From the human T2T-CHM13v2.0 reference genome, Homo sapiens, in the NCBI RefSeq assembly GCF_009914755.1, contig NC_060941.1: DNA of 64,000 bases, one strand, 5' to 3'. Every line of letters starts with the position of its first letter. Position 1 is the first letter of the stretch. Positions 53,311-64,000 of this stretch are shown piece by piece. Under the pieces are notes generated by a model. That model made no database searches and had not been told where the DNA came from. It saw only the letters and a list, made by a program, of their open reading frames with translations. The translations under genes and the position numbers were made by a program.

Positions 53311-55149
53311 TGAATGAAAGAAAAATAGGACCAAACATGGCCCAATGAGGAGAGTGTAACAAAGATGATAATTACTCAAATTTGGTGCATCTGAGCTTCC
53401 AAAAATTGGGGAAAATATCAAAGAAAAGTGTAAATTCTATGTGGACCACACATCCCTCCCCTTCCCCTGTTTGGCTCCCATTACTGAGCCTTTCTGGCTT
53501 TCCAAGAAGAGTCTTAGGGCCCAGATTATGCAGAAAATTTCCTCTTAAAGCAGAACTCAACCTGCTACTTTGGTGTCCTGGACATTAAAAAGGAAAGGAA
53601 TAATTTTAAATTAAAAAAAATTATCCTAAGATGTGCAGGCCAAACGGTGTCTGCTCCCCCTGGGACCCAAGGGGTTTCACCCCAGGGGAGGCTGGTGTGC
53701 CAAGGACATTGGCTGTGATTTGGGAAGGGTGAGAATCAAGAGAGCCAGAGGGTCAGCTTCTCTCCCTTCCCCACTTTGAGTGTTCCTGCCCTGAGAATCT
53801 TGTCCTGACTTGGGCCTCAGGTGGCAGGGTTTCCTGAACATGGCTACCCCACTCTAGGCCCAGGACAAGGGGACCTGTCCTACTCTGCCAACCTCTGTCT
53901 CTCTCTCCCACTCCCATTCCCCTCCCTGGCCTTTCCCTAAGGAAGAGATCCTATGGGACTTCCCACATTCTCCTGTCTTAGGGTGCTCAGCTTTTCCTGA
54001 GCAGATGGGATGGATGCTCTTGAGGGGCTCCTCTACTTCACAAAGGAGCAAGAGGTCAGGATCCCTACCATTCCAGCCAGACAGAAGCCCCGGCCCCTTG
54101 CCTCCAAATTCCCAGGAAAACAGGATACGGAAGAGACCCTTATCTCCCTGTCCTTGTTCAAGCTGATCCATCATTATGTCTCATTTCATAGCTCTTGAAT
54201 CCAAATAAACTACCATGGAGCATGTTAGTGAGGCTTCCCATGCTGTGGTTGGTCTGCTCTGGTTAGTATCCCATGGGGAAGGCCAAAAAGAGCAGCTGTT
54301 TTTATAGAAATGGAGAGATTAGGGGAAGCAAGCTCAGGCTAAAGCCCAGGAAGAGATGAGGTGAATGTCTGGACCAAGCCTCTCCTCCAAGCTTTATGAT
54401 CCTTATGCACAGCCCTTTGAGGTCTGCACAGTCCTTTATTGTATGTCATCTCACCTGATAGTACTTTGAGAGTTGTCAGCCCCATTTTCTGGATGGGGCC
54501 AGTGGCTCAGGAGTTTGCAGTTCCTGCTTTGCTGGTGTGGCCCTAGGAAGACAGGTGACAGGTGCAAGTTCACAGGACTCATAAGTGACAGACACTGGCC
54601 TCGAGCCCATTTCTGCTGGTTTCTGGCCTGGCACTCTCGAGCCACTGCTTCCATGCCAGCCTTTCCAACTGCTTCCCTCAGCTGGTGGCCTAGGGAGGCC
54701 ACCCCCTTCCACTGTGGCAAGGTTGCCCCAGGGAAAGGGAATAGACAGGGAAAGGGGTGAGGGCCAATGACTGCAGAACGATTGGCCTCAGAGGAGACTT
54801 TGATTCAGTCTAAGGAAGCGCTTGGTAACAAGACTTAAGGAAAGAAATTGTGGAGAGATGACAGGGAGGAATCTTGGCTCTGTTCATTCTTGCTGTGATA
54901 CTCAGGCATGGCCACTTACCTTCTCTGGGTTTCAGGGTCCCCCTTGACAAAAGGACATTTTATTACTCATCTTCCTGCCTCACAGACCAGCTGGGAGTTA
55001 AATGTGATATGATTTGTTATGGAAGAGCTTCCTCAATGACCTAAGCTATTCACTGAGAGCCAACCCTTGGCTCTTTGTACTGTCCAACAGAGGAACATTC
55101 TAGCTGGTGAGAGTGCTCAGCCTAGGCCTTATGTTCCCTCCAGGACAGT

Positions 55150-55800
55150 ACAATTCCACAAATATTCACTGGGCACATACTATGTGCCAGGGCACTGTGC
55201 TAGGTGCCAGGGACAGAGAGGCTAAGTGATCAACCTGGTCCCTGACTCCTTAGTGCTCAGACTCTGGTCTAGTGATTCTCAGCTACGATTGCACCTTAGG
55301 ATCCCTGGAGGGAAGTGGCAAAAGCATCAGTACCCAAGCCCCATTCCAGGCCAACGAATCTGAATCTATATATTTTTCAAAGCTCCAAGGTGATTCTGAA
55401 TGCAGGATGAGACAAGAAAGTAAGCAATTACAGTATTTTCTTATCCTTGGTCTGCTCAGGAAAGTACAGGGAGACCTTGGAAAGGTGCCTAAGTCAGATT
55501 TTAGTGGTGGTGGTGGAAGGAGGGTTAGGGAAGGCTACTGGAAGAAATGACAAGTGACTCCATGCAATGTGATGGCAAAGTTGGAGGCCCTGAAGGCAGT
55601 TCTGCTGGACTGACTCAGAAGGTAAGGGGAAGGCAACATGTTTGAGGCTGGAAGAGGCAGTCAGGGGCCAGATTGCAGAGGGCAGGTTTGCCCAATTAGG
55701 GAGTTTGCACAGACCCCAGAGGCAATGGGGTACATGGAGAGGAGTTAAGCAAAGAAATGCCATGATCAGATGTCTGCTGGTTGCTTAGGGGACTTACGTT
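55150..55800 (-). mobile_element. L2 fragment interrupted by MER5
   Basis: aaatattcactgggcacatactatgtgccagggcactgtgctagg; MER5-like 55270-55410 (agtgattctcagct...aagctccaaggtgattctgaatgca). Confidence 0.75.
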
Positions 55801-56329
55801 GTTCATCTGGGTAGCAAAAGGCTCCAGCAAGTTGGGGTCAGGACCTCTTCCACTACCCCCATGCATCTGGAGAGGGCAGAAGCTTTCCCCAGGGCTGCTG
55901 GGCGCTACTAGTTTAATCTGAGTTCCATGGTGCATTAGCAATGAGCTCTCAGGATCAGCCAAGTCCCTGGTACTAATCAGCCGCTGAGGCAGGATCGATG
56001 GCAACTACATTGATCTTGCTTTTTGGCTTTGGCTCCTTATAGAGCTTATTGACTGGACAATCTAAGAGGGCGGGGGATGTGCACCCAAGTCTCACTGAAC
56101 TGTGGTAGAAAAGCGAGGAGAAGGGTCCCTCACAGGTCCTGCACCTCACTCTAGTCTCACACTCATCCTGAATGTGGCCCCCACTGCCAAATCCTACACC
56201 CTACACAAAATCATGGTGTTCAAGGCTTCAGCCTCAGCTGTTGCCACTCACTCTCCGTGTTCAGGTTTGAACCCACAGAAATGCCTTTCCAGCTCCTCTG
56301 CCTCTAGATACGTTCTTCTCTCTAACAAG

Positions 56330-56625
56330 GATGTGACTGACTCCTACCTCAATTTACCCAGTCTGATCTCTTCCTTCCTCCAGATCCAGCTCAAATATCG
56401 CCTCCTCTAGGAAGCCTTCTGTGGCCTAACCTCACCCCCAAAGCACCAATAAAGTCTTCTGTATGTCCACAGCATTTGATATGTATCTATATGTATGACA
56501 CTGATACACTTTTACAACTAATTACTGTGTCTGTCTCCCCAGAATGTAAGTTATTTAAGGATCTAGCATACAGCAGATGCTCAATGAAGGGTTCTGGAGT
56601 GAATGAGTGAACAAATGAATGAAGA
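56330..56625 (+). mobile_element. L2 3' end
   Basis: cagctcaaatatcgcctcctctaggaagcctt...gtgaatgagtgaacaaatgaatgaa. Confidence 0.75.
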
Positions 56626-57339
56626 AATGCTTTAAAATATCATACAGATTTCAGATTTCTTTCTTTAATCCTGACCCCGCACAGCCCTCTAAGGGTACAG
56701 AATAGCAGAGACTCTGCCTAATCTAATATGGATGGCACTGGTTCAGATTTATACCTGAAATATTAGAACTGGGAGGAAACTTATGCCTTATTGTTATTGA
56801 GTTCAATCCCTAATTTTATAGTTGGGGCCACAGGTCCAGGGACAATAACTGACTCACTCAAATCTCACAAAAGCAGATGGCAGGCTGAGAACCCTCCAGG
56901 TGCTATTTTATGTGGACATGACCATGAAAGTGGGGGATAGCAAAGCCCACTGAACACCTCCAGGTATTCCCACCCATCACTCTGACTTCCTGTAACAGCC
57001 TTTGTCTCTTGAGGTGCATCTGGCTGAACAGGTACCTATTAGCTGGGCCACAGGATGGAGGCTCCCAGAAGACAAAAGTTCTTTCTTACAGTGACTCACT
57101 ATATGACAAAAGGGCTTTATTTCATATCTACAAGCCTCAGTTTCCCAATCATTAAAATGGGGGAAAAGATTATCTGCCTTTTCTCTTCTGGTCTTAGGAG
57201 AGGCTACTCCTTGAGCAAAGCCTGCCATTCTTTAAAAAATATCTTCACAGGTCATGCCATCTGGTATCGATGAGAGAAGGCAAGAGAACATGGGGTCTAG
57301 GAAGTCAAGCTGAGAACATAGCCTGTTTTTGTTTGTTGG

Positions 57340-57770
57340 TTTACTTTTTATTGAAATACAACATACAGAAAAATGAACTTATCATAAGTGCACAGCCCAT
57401 ACATTTTTCAAAAACTGAACCAATGTGTACATAATATGTAGATCAAGAAATAGAGCCTTCCCGAAGCTGCCCTTGGACTCCCTTCCCATCACTACTGCCT
57501 AAATCCACCATACTGATCTCAAGCACCATAGATTAGCTCTGTCTCTTTTTGCACTTCATAGAAACAAAATCTTATAACTGCTCCTCCTTTGTGTATACCT
57601 CCTTTTGTACAACATCATGCTTCCATAAGGTTGTGTGTCATTGTAGAGTGGCCATTCTAATTGCTAGATATTATTCTATTGTATAATTATATTATGATTT
57701 GCTTATCCATTCTACTATTGATGGACATTTGGGTAGTTTCCAGTTTGGTGCTATTACAGATAGTGTTAAA
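57340..57770 (-). mobile_element. Old L1M 3' fragment
   Basis: ttatccattctactattgatggacatttgggtagtttccagtttggtgctattac. Confidence 0.85.
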
Positions 57771-58794
57771 ATAGTCTGTTTTTAATATTTTAAACAATCA
57801 CTTAAAAAGACAGATACTTTAAAATATCCAGGAAGAAAATAATTGTATATTCATGCTTCCATTTAATAAATATTTGTTAAGCACCAACTGTGTCCTGGAA
57901 TGGTCTTCTCCCTTCCTCTCCTAAGCTTAGCCTTTACAGAACAGGTGACATCCCACCTCTTCTACAAAGCATTTTTGCTTGCCCCCAACCTATAGTGACA
58001 TTCTCCCAACCCTTAAGCCTCAAGGTAGGTCTTGCCAAGAACACACAGTAGACCATGAGCCCACCCTGCTAGCCTTGTTCCTGCTCCTTCTCTGCTTATT
58101 TTCAGGTGGGCACTTCTGAAAAGCAGGTATCATCTTTCTCTGCCTTCCACAATACCATGCACAACACTGGGCACATTATCAAACTCACAAAATATACATT
58201 CAATTTAACTAGATCTCAGCCATAAGAAGGTGATGTAAATGCATGAAGACCCCCACTCTCTGTCTCTACCCCAAGGATAATATTTTTGCAAAACATGGAA
58301 AAGATCTATGCCAAACATGGGCAAAACCCACGGACAGCGATGGATGGAGAAATGCATTGCAGTAGCCTTGATAGCCAAAATGAATTGGTTCCAGAGCCTG
58401 AGCTCTATGTTGTGGTTTATAATCACTTCTCTCTCCACTCCTTGGTGCAAATAATCAGTAGACACTGAAGTTTTGGATAGAGGACAAATTTCAGCACCAT
58501 GGGTAGATCATCCTGTTGGCTGTTCTCAAGGAGCCACAGCAGACTTAACAGCAAGGTATTTTAGTGAGACAAACTCATCTTAGTTGAATTTCAGAAATGC
58601 TCATATCCTATTTTCACTTTCCCACAGACTTCTGCTAAGCTCTAAATTCCATATAATGAGGTTGAAAAAGTATAGGTTTTAAAGCTAGATAGACTTGAAA
58701 TTCAAATTCCTGCTGTATTGCTTGTCAGCTCGACTTTAGGAAAATTACTCAATCTTTATGAACCTGAATTTATTTTATTTGTAAATCATGCTTA

Positions 58795-58887
58795 TAATAT
58801 TTCTTTATTTCAGATGTTATATTTCCAAGTCTAAAATTTGCATTTGGTTCTCTTCTGTGGTTTCTTTTCATTTCTTCTTCTTCTTCT

Positions 58888-58932
<45 letters not shown>

Positions 58933-59740
58933 AACATTGGTAGTTCAGTCTTTACATTCACTGTAGACATACTTTTCTTTATATCCTTGAGCATAGTTAT
59001 AAGAGCAGCTTTAAAATATTTGTCTGCTAATTCCAAAATCTGGGTCATTTTAGGGCCAGTCTCAAATGTTTTCTATGGGTAAAGTTTTCCTATTTCTTCC
59101 TATGGCTAGTAATTTTGAATTACATACTGGATAAAGTAAATAGTATAAAGTGTTTAGATTCTGTATATTGCTATAAAAAGTATTGTTTGTTGTTTGCTTG
59201 TTTAATTAAGCAGTTAGTTTGACTAAATTCTCACTGCAAAACTGTCACCCCTTTGGTGGATGGCACCTGAAATTTCAGTTCCATTAGCCTTAATTGGGCA
59301 CCTTGGTGTCTGTCCTGCATATGCATTGGTTCAGGGGTAAGCCAGATATTTGATAGAGGTTGTACACAGAGTCTGAGGTTCCCCACCCTGGTTTGCCTCT
59401 TTCAAGGTTTCCTCCTTTACTTTTCAGCTACCATAGTTGCCTTGAAATCTATTCCCTGGCTCTTCAAATCAGTATGACGAGGTTTCGACCCATCTAAGAC
59501 ACCTAGCATGAGGAGTACTGGGGTTTGCCCTCCGGCTAAACTTATTAAGAAAGTGAAATTTACTCAGTGCCCTTCCCTTCTCCCAAGTGCCAATAAACAC
59601 CCACGCGAACCCTTCTGGAATCTGCCCACTTTAAGTTACTCTCCTTCTGAGAACGATTTTTTAAATATTTTGTTCAGAGTTCACAGCTATTATCTGTGGC
59701 AGGTGTGGTCTGTTAAGAGTTTCTCAGCTGGAATCAGAAG
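58795..59740 (-). mobile_element. Old L1M 5' region including decayed ORF1 start
   Basis: ORF 58770-59048 begins MTQILELADKYFKAALITMLKDIK, resembling old L1 ORF1p N-terminal coiled-coil sequence. Confidence 0.7.
58871..58929 (+). repeat. (TTC)6 followed by uninterrupted T40
   Basis: T run 58890-58929. Confidence 0.95.
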
Positions 59741-59919
59741 CAAAAACTCCCATAGTACCTCTCTGAAGAGCTGTGTGGAAGGTGGTATGAGACAAGTCTA
59801 TAAAGTACTCATCGTAGATGCTCAATAAATGTTGCCTTTCCATACTGCCATCCCCAGGCCTCCTTTTTTTAAGCCTGAAATAATCCTTCCATAAATAGTG
59901 TTTTGTTCTTCTTGAAGCC

Positions 59920-60075
59920 CTTTCAGCTATATTGCATCATCCAACCCTCACAAAATTCCTGAGGAATCTGCAGGGTAAACATCAGTCCCCCTCTTGACAA
60001 GTGAGAAAACCAAGGTTCCAAGGAATTATGAGACTTGACCAAAGCCACATAGTTAACCAGTAGCAATGGCAGCCC
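59920..60075 (-). mobile_element. MIR
   Basis: gacaagtgagaaaaccaaggttccaagg...gacttgaccaaagccacatagtt. Confidence 0.7.
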
Positions 60076-60689
60076 CCTGCTTGCTGACATCTCCCTCCAC
60101 AAACATCTGTTGGCCATGAGGATGAGCAAATAGAACGCTCTAGCAAATCCAGGCAGGTTGGGGGAGGGCTTCACCCTCACACTTCCAGACTCTTTGCTAT
60201 AGAGGAATCCTGAGGGTACATATGGAATATGCCTTCCTGTGTCTAGCTTCACCCCAGCAGTGAAAGTCCTGCAGACTATAGGGTCCAGCACTGATGGGTC
60301 TGAACACACCAATGAGTTTATGTTAAGTGCCTCGAGGGTCCCTGCATTTATCACAAAACTGGGCAGGGAGCAGTGTGTTCTCACAACACTGGCACTGCCA
60401 CCCAGGTCCAGTAAGCTGTGTGCCTTGCAGTAGTAAACACAATTTCCCAACCTGTTAAATGGCAAAAATATCTACATGGCCAGCTTTACATGTTTCTAGC
60501 AGGCACGGAGATAATGTGAAGATCATAGGAGTACTTTGTAAATAAAACAGCAAGTGCCTGCAAAACAGTGCTGCTCTGATCTCCAGTCCCTCAGAGAGAC
60601 ACAGGACCCCTGTCTTGCTGCACTACAATGATCTGTGTCCCTGGGTATGAGTGAGCCCACACAAGACGAGGCTTAGCAGAGGAAGGCTA

Positions 60690-60930
60690 GGTGGCTGACG
60701 ATACTGGCTTTAAAACTCTACTGCTTTACTTCTTAACTGTGCACCTTGGGGCAAGTTACTTCACTTCTCTGAACCTTGGTTTCTTTATCTTAAAAATGAG
60801 AATAATAACAATAATGATAGAAATAGTAAATAAATCATGAGGTTATTATGAGGAGTAAATGTGATTATGTATATTAAGTGCTTTGCACAGTGTCTAGCAT
60901 GCAGCAAGTATTCAATAAATAATAGCTAGT
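60690..60930 (+). mobile_element. MIR
   Basis: ctgtgcaccttggggcaagttacttcacttctctgaaccttggtttctttatcttaaaaatgag. Confidence 0.9.
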
Positions 60931-61994
60931 AATAAAAATGGCAAGTGTTACCTGTGAGTGCACAGAGGTTCTGAGCAGGCTGCCCATTGCCATGGAGGCA
61001 CATGCAGCTGCCTGGACCCTTGTGCCTGGTGCTGCCCATGACCTGCTGTGCAAGCTCTGACTCTGGGGAACTTGCCCTCTGCCTCTGAACCTTCATTCCT
61101 GGTCTCAAAAACGAGGGGGCTGGATTAGAGCCTGTCTTCCAGGTTCCACATTCTGCTGAGCTGCTTCTAGACCCCCCCTAGACAAAGCAAGAGATTTGGG
61201 GAAGAAGGAGCAATTGGTATACTCAGCTCCAGGCAGTTGCCTGCAGGGACGGGAAGGCTTCCAGACTGTGCTGAGCCCAGGAAATGTGGCCTGGCGGGTG
61301 TGGGCTGCAGAAAAGCCCAGTGAGGGGGATAGATTTCCCACACAGAAGGGAGAGAGGGCACCACCCAAGGAACATGAAGCAAACTCCAGCCAGGCTGAAG
61401 GACCTGAGACCCCCCAGAGTGGAAGCTGGGATTTCAGCCACAAATTAAACCTGCCCGGCCTCCACCCAAAGTCCCTCCACCACCTCCTCTGATGGGAGTA
61501 GGTTTCAATTCCATCTTGAAGTGAGCTCATTCCTGGGCCTGGCCCAGCAAGTCCTGCCTAGCACACCCCATTCCCATCCCCTCCCTCTCTCTCTGCACTT
61601 CTCAGTTAGATAGAGGTGGTGAGAGGAAGTTGAGACCCTGGCTTTGCCACTCTCTATTCTTGAGGAAAGCACCTCTAAACCTCAGCTTCCAAATACATGA
61701 ACGAGGTCTAATGATCCTACCCTCATAAGGTTTCACTGAACAATGTATGGAGGAGTGCATGAGCTGGACGATGGTCCTTGGGCCCTGGCGCTGATGCCCC
61801 CTCCCTGCCACTCAGGGTGCAGGGGTTGTTGCAGGCTGTCTGAGAATGTCCTCTCACTGCAGTCTTTTTGCATTCCTTCATTTGCTCAAAAAACAGTGAA
61901 TGGGCATCTACTTTGCCCATGGCTAGATCAGAGCTTTTCAAAGTTTAATATGATTCAACCGGAGAAAGCTTATTGAAATTAAAAAAAAAAAGTC

Positions 61995-62140
61995 TAACAT
62001 GCACACAAATTACCTGGGATCTTGTTTAAATGCAGACGTTGATTCAGGAGGTCTGGAGTGGCACCTGAGACTCTGCATTTCTAATAACATTTCAAGTGAT
62101 GCGGAAGCTGCCAGGCATGGACCACACTTTGAGTAGCAAG
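61995..62140. mobile_element. MER5A-type hAT relic
   Basis: cttgtttaaatgcagacgttgattcaggaggtctgg...ctctgcatttctaa...ggaccacactttgagtagcaag. Confidence 0.8.
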
Positions 62141-62169
62141 AGACTGGACCCTAGTACTACCATTCTGAG

Positions 62170-62670
62170 CAAGGTGTACCCCTGCCTGCTTGGAGTTCAG
62201 AGTCTAATGGGAGATAAGAAAAGAATCATACACTCAGGGAGTGATAGTGTCGCTCATAGTGGCAGGGAGGCACAGGGTGTTATGGAAGTGAGAGGAGAGA
62301 CACCTAGTCTGAACTTCAGAAATCTTGGAGGGCTTCCCGGGAAAAGAAAGCATGTGGAGGAAACAGTCAGGTCAAGACAAGATGGACGAGGTGGGACAGA
62401 AGATGGCATTGCAGAGAGAACAACCTATGGGGAGGCCTTCACTCCAGTGGATGGGCTGACTGAGTTCATCATACCAGACTGAAGAGCTACAGAGTGAGGA
62501 GTTGGGGAGGAGGCTGCAGAGGCGGGCAGGGGCCATGTCAGGAAGGACCTTGAAGCCACACATCTGAGCTGGATTCAGTGGGTGACAGGGAGACTTTGAA
62601 GGATTTTAAGCAAAGAAGGGACATGGTCAGATTGAAGGTTTAGAAAGCTGCCTCTGCCTGCTGTGAAGAG
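62170..62670 (-). mobile_element. L2 fragment
   Basis: ggagttcagagtctaatgggaga...ttgaaggattttaagcaaagaagggacatggtcagatt. Confidence 0.75.
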
Positions 62671-63589
62671 AAGGGCCCTCCAGGCTCACCCCAGGCTGAA
62701 CCACTGCAAGCAGAGAAGGCCACGTCCTGCTGCACGTTCCCCTCCTTCCCAGCGTCCTTACTCCCCCCTGCCCCCACCACCACCCAGAACACTCCTTCCA
62801 GCCCAGGATGTCATTAAGCTGGTAACCAAATACAACACAAGAGCCTCAAATGCCACTTCCCACCCCCATTAAGCATTCAAGGTGTCAGAAGCCCAGCCGG
62901 GTCTTAGGAAGGAACAGAAAAAGAAGCACCAGTCCTTTCAATAACACGCTCCTGTCCTGGACATCCCAAATTCAGAAGCATAAAAGTCAAAAAGAAGACC
63001 CTGGGCCTCAAAGAGCCCTTCCATCCACTGCATGGAGGTACCTGAGATTTGCTGCTGGGATTGAAGAAGAGGCAGAATTTAGGGCAAGGAGGTGATGGTT
63101 CTACCATCCTTGTGAAACATCCAGAACTTGGACAACCAAGGACACCTGAGACCCTTCTGGAAGGCCTAAGCTGCTGCAGAGGACACTTATCTTGGGTACC
63201 TGGAACATCTCAGCTGGGAGAGGAGAAGCAGCTGCCTCTTGGGGTTAGAGTTTACCTCTGAAGCGTCCCACTTCCTGCAGTTGCTCTTAATATAGAGATT
63301 ATCAGACAAGGGAGGGCTGGGTTTGAGTCTTGCATCTGCTTGAGATTTGTCATGTCACCTGTATGAGCTAGCAGTTTGAGCTAGATGATCTTAATATAGA
63401 CACACCCATCTCTCGGAGTCTGAAACTTCTCAGCTCCTTAGACCCTACATGCCTTGTCCCATGGTCCAAACACATCTCTTGCCCTTTTGCACTAACTGTC
63501 CTGGTTGTGACCTCTGGCCTGAGTCTGTGAGTCTCAGGCCCTGCTTATAGGTCTATGGTCTCTTACTTGGCACTAGAAGTGGTCCAGGC

Positions 63590-63790
63590 AGTGAGAGATA
63601 GTGGCAAGAACACTGGGTTTGAAGTCAGGTGGCTGCTAGATTCCTAGTTCAGCCATTTACCTCTGTCACCATGTTGAATAAGTTCTCAAATTCTTTGATC
63701 CTCAGTTTCCATATCTGTGAAATGGAGATGAGACTTCTATATTCTCCAGTGGTTATGGGCATTCATTGAGAACATGAGAAACTTTAGACA
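63590..63790 (+). mobile_element. MIR
   Basis: cctcagtttccatatctgtgaaatggagat. Confidence 0.8.
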
Positions 63791-64000
63791 GAACTGCAAG
63801 ATGATCATATAATTTCCCAGGAGCCTCTGGTCAGGAAGCTCCTGACCTCTCCCTGGAAGCATGACAGGTGGGCAAGATAGTGCATTTGACTTAAGGCAGC
63901 CTCATCCCAACCCCTAAATTCCCCGTTTGTTTCCTGTACACCTTATCAAATGAAAGAAAGAATATTAGCTTTGGAGTCCAAGACCCCTCTGTTTAAAGCC

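Noticed and set aside
58770-59048. Lys/Glu-rich ORF
   Set aside because: Decayed L1 ORF1 read through the T40/(TTC)n tract.

Overview
Primate (human-like) non-coding genomic DNA, either intronic or intergenic. I could not assign the locus and see no credible protein-coding exon, RNA gene or CRISPR array. The ORF track is explained by Alu/L1 translation and chance frames. The window is dominated by interspersed repeats: 9 Alus, several L1 fragments, many old L2 and MIR pieces, MaLR/ERVL LTRs, and MER5/MER20/MADE2 DNA-transposon relics. Structure not explained by ordinary repeats: (1) short ~90%-identical direct and inverted local duplications at 22.3-25.9 kb that look like a template-switching or inversion scar; (2) a twin-primed L1PA with a perfect 15-bp TSD next to a GC/CpG-enriched promoter-like block at 30.8-32.4 kb; (3) a consensus CTCF site with an upstream motif at 27.45 kb; (4) a tail-less AluY ending in a templated repair scar; (5) a recursive-splice-like AG|GT motif and several smaller oddities. 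I find no convincing new biological system. Repeat subfamily names and boundaries are by-eye estimates.
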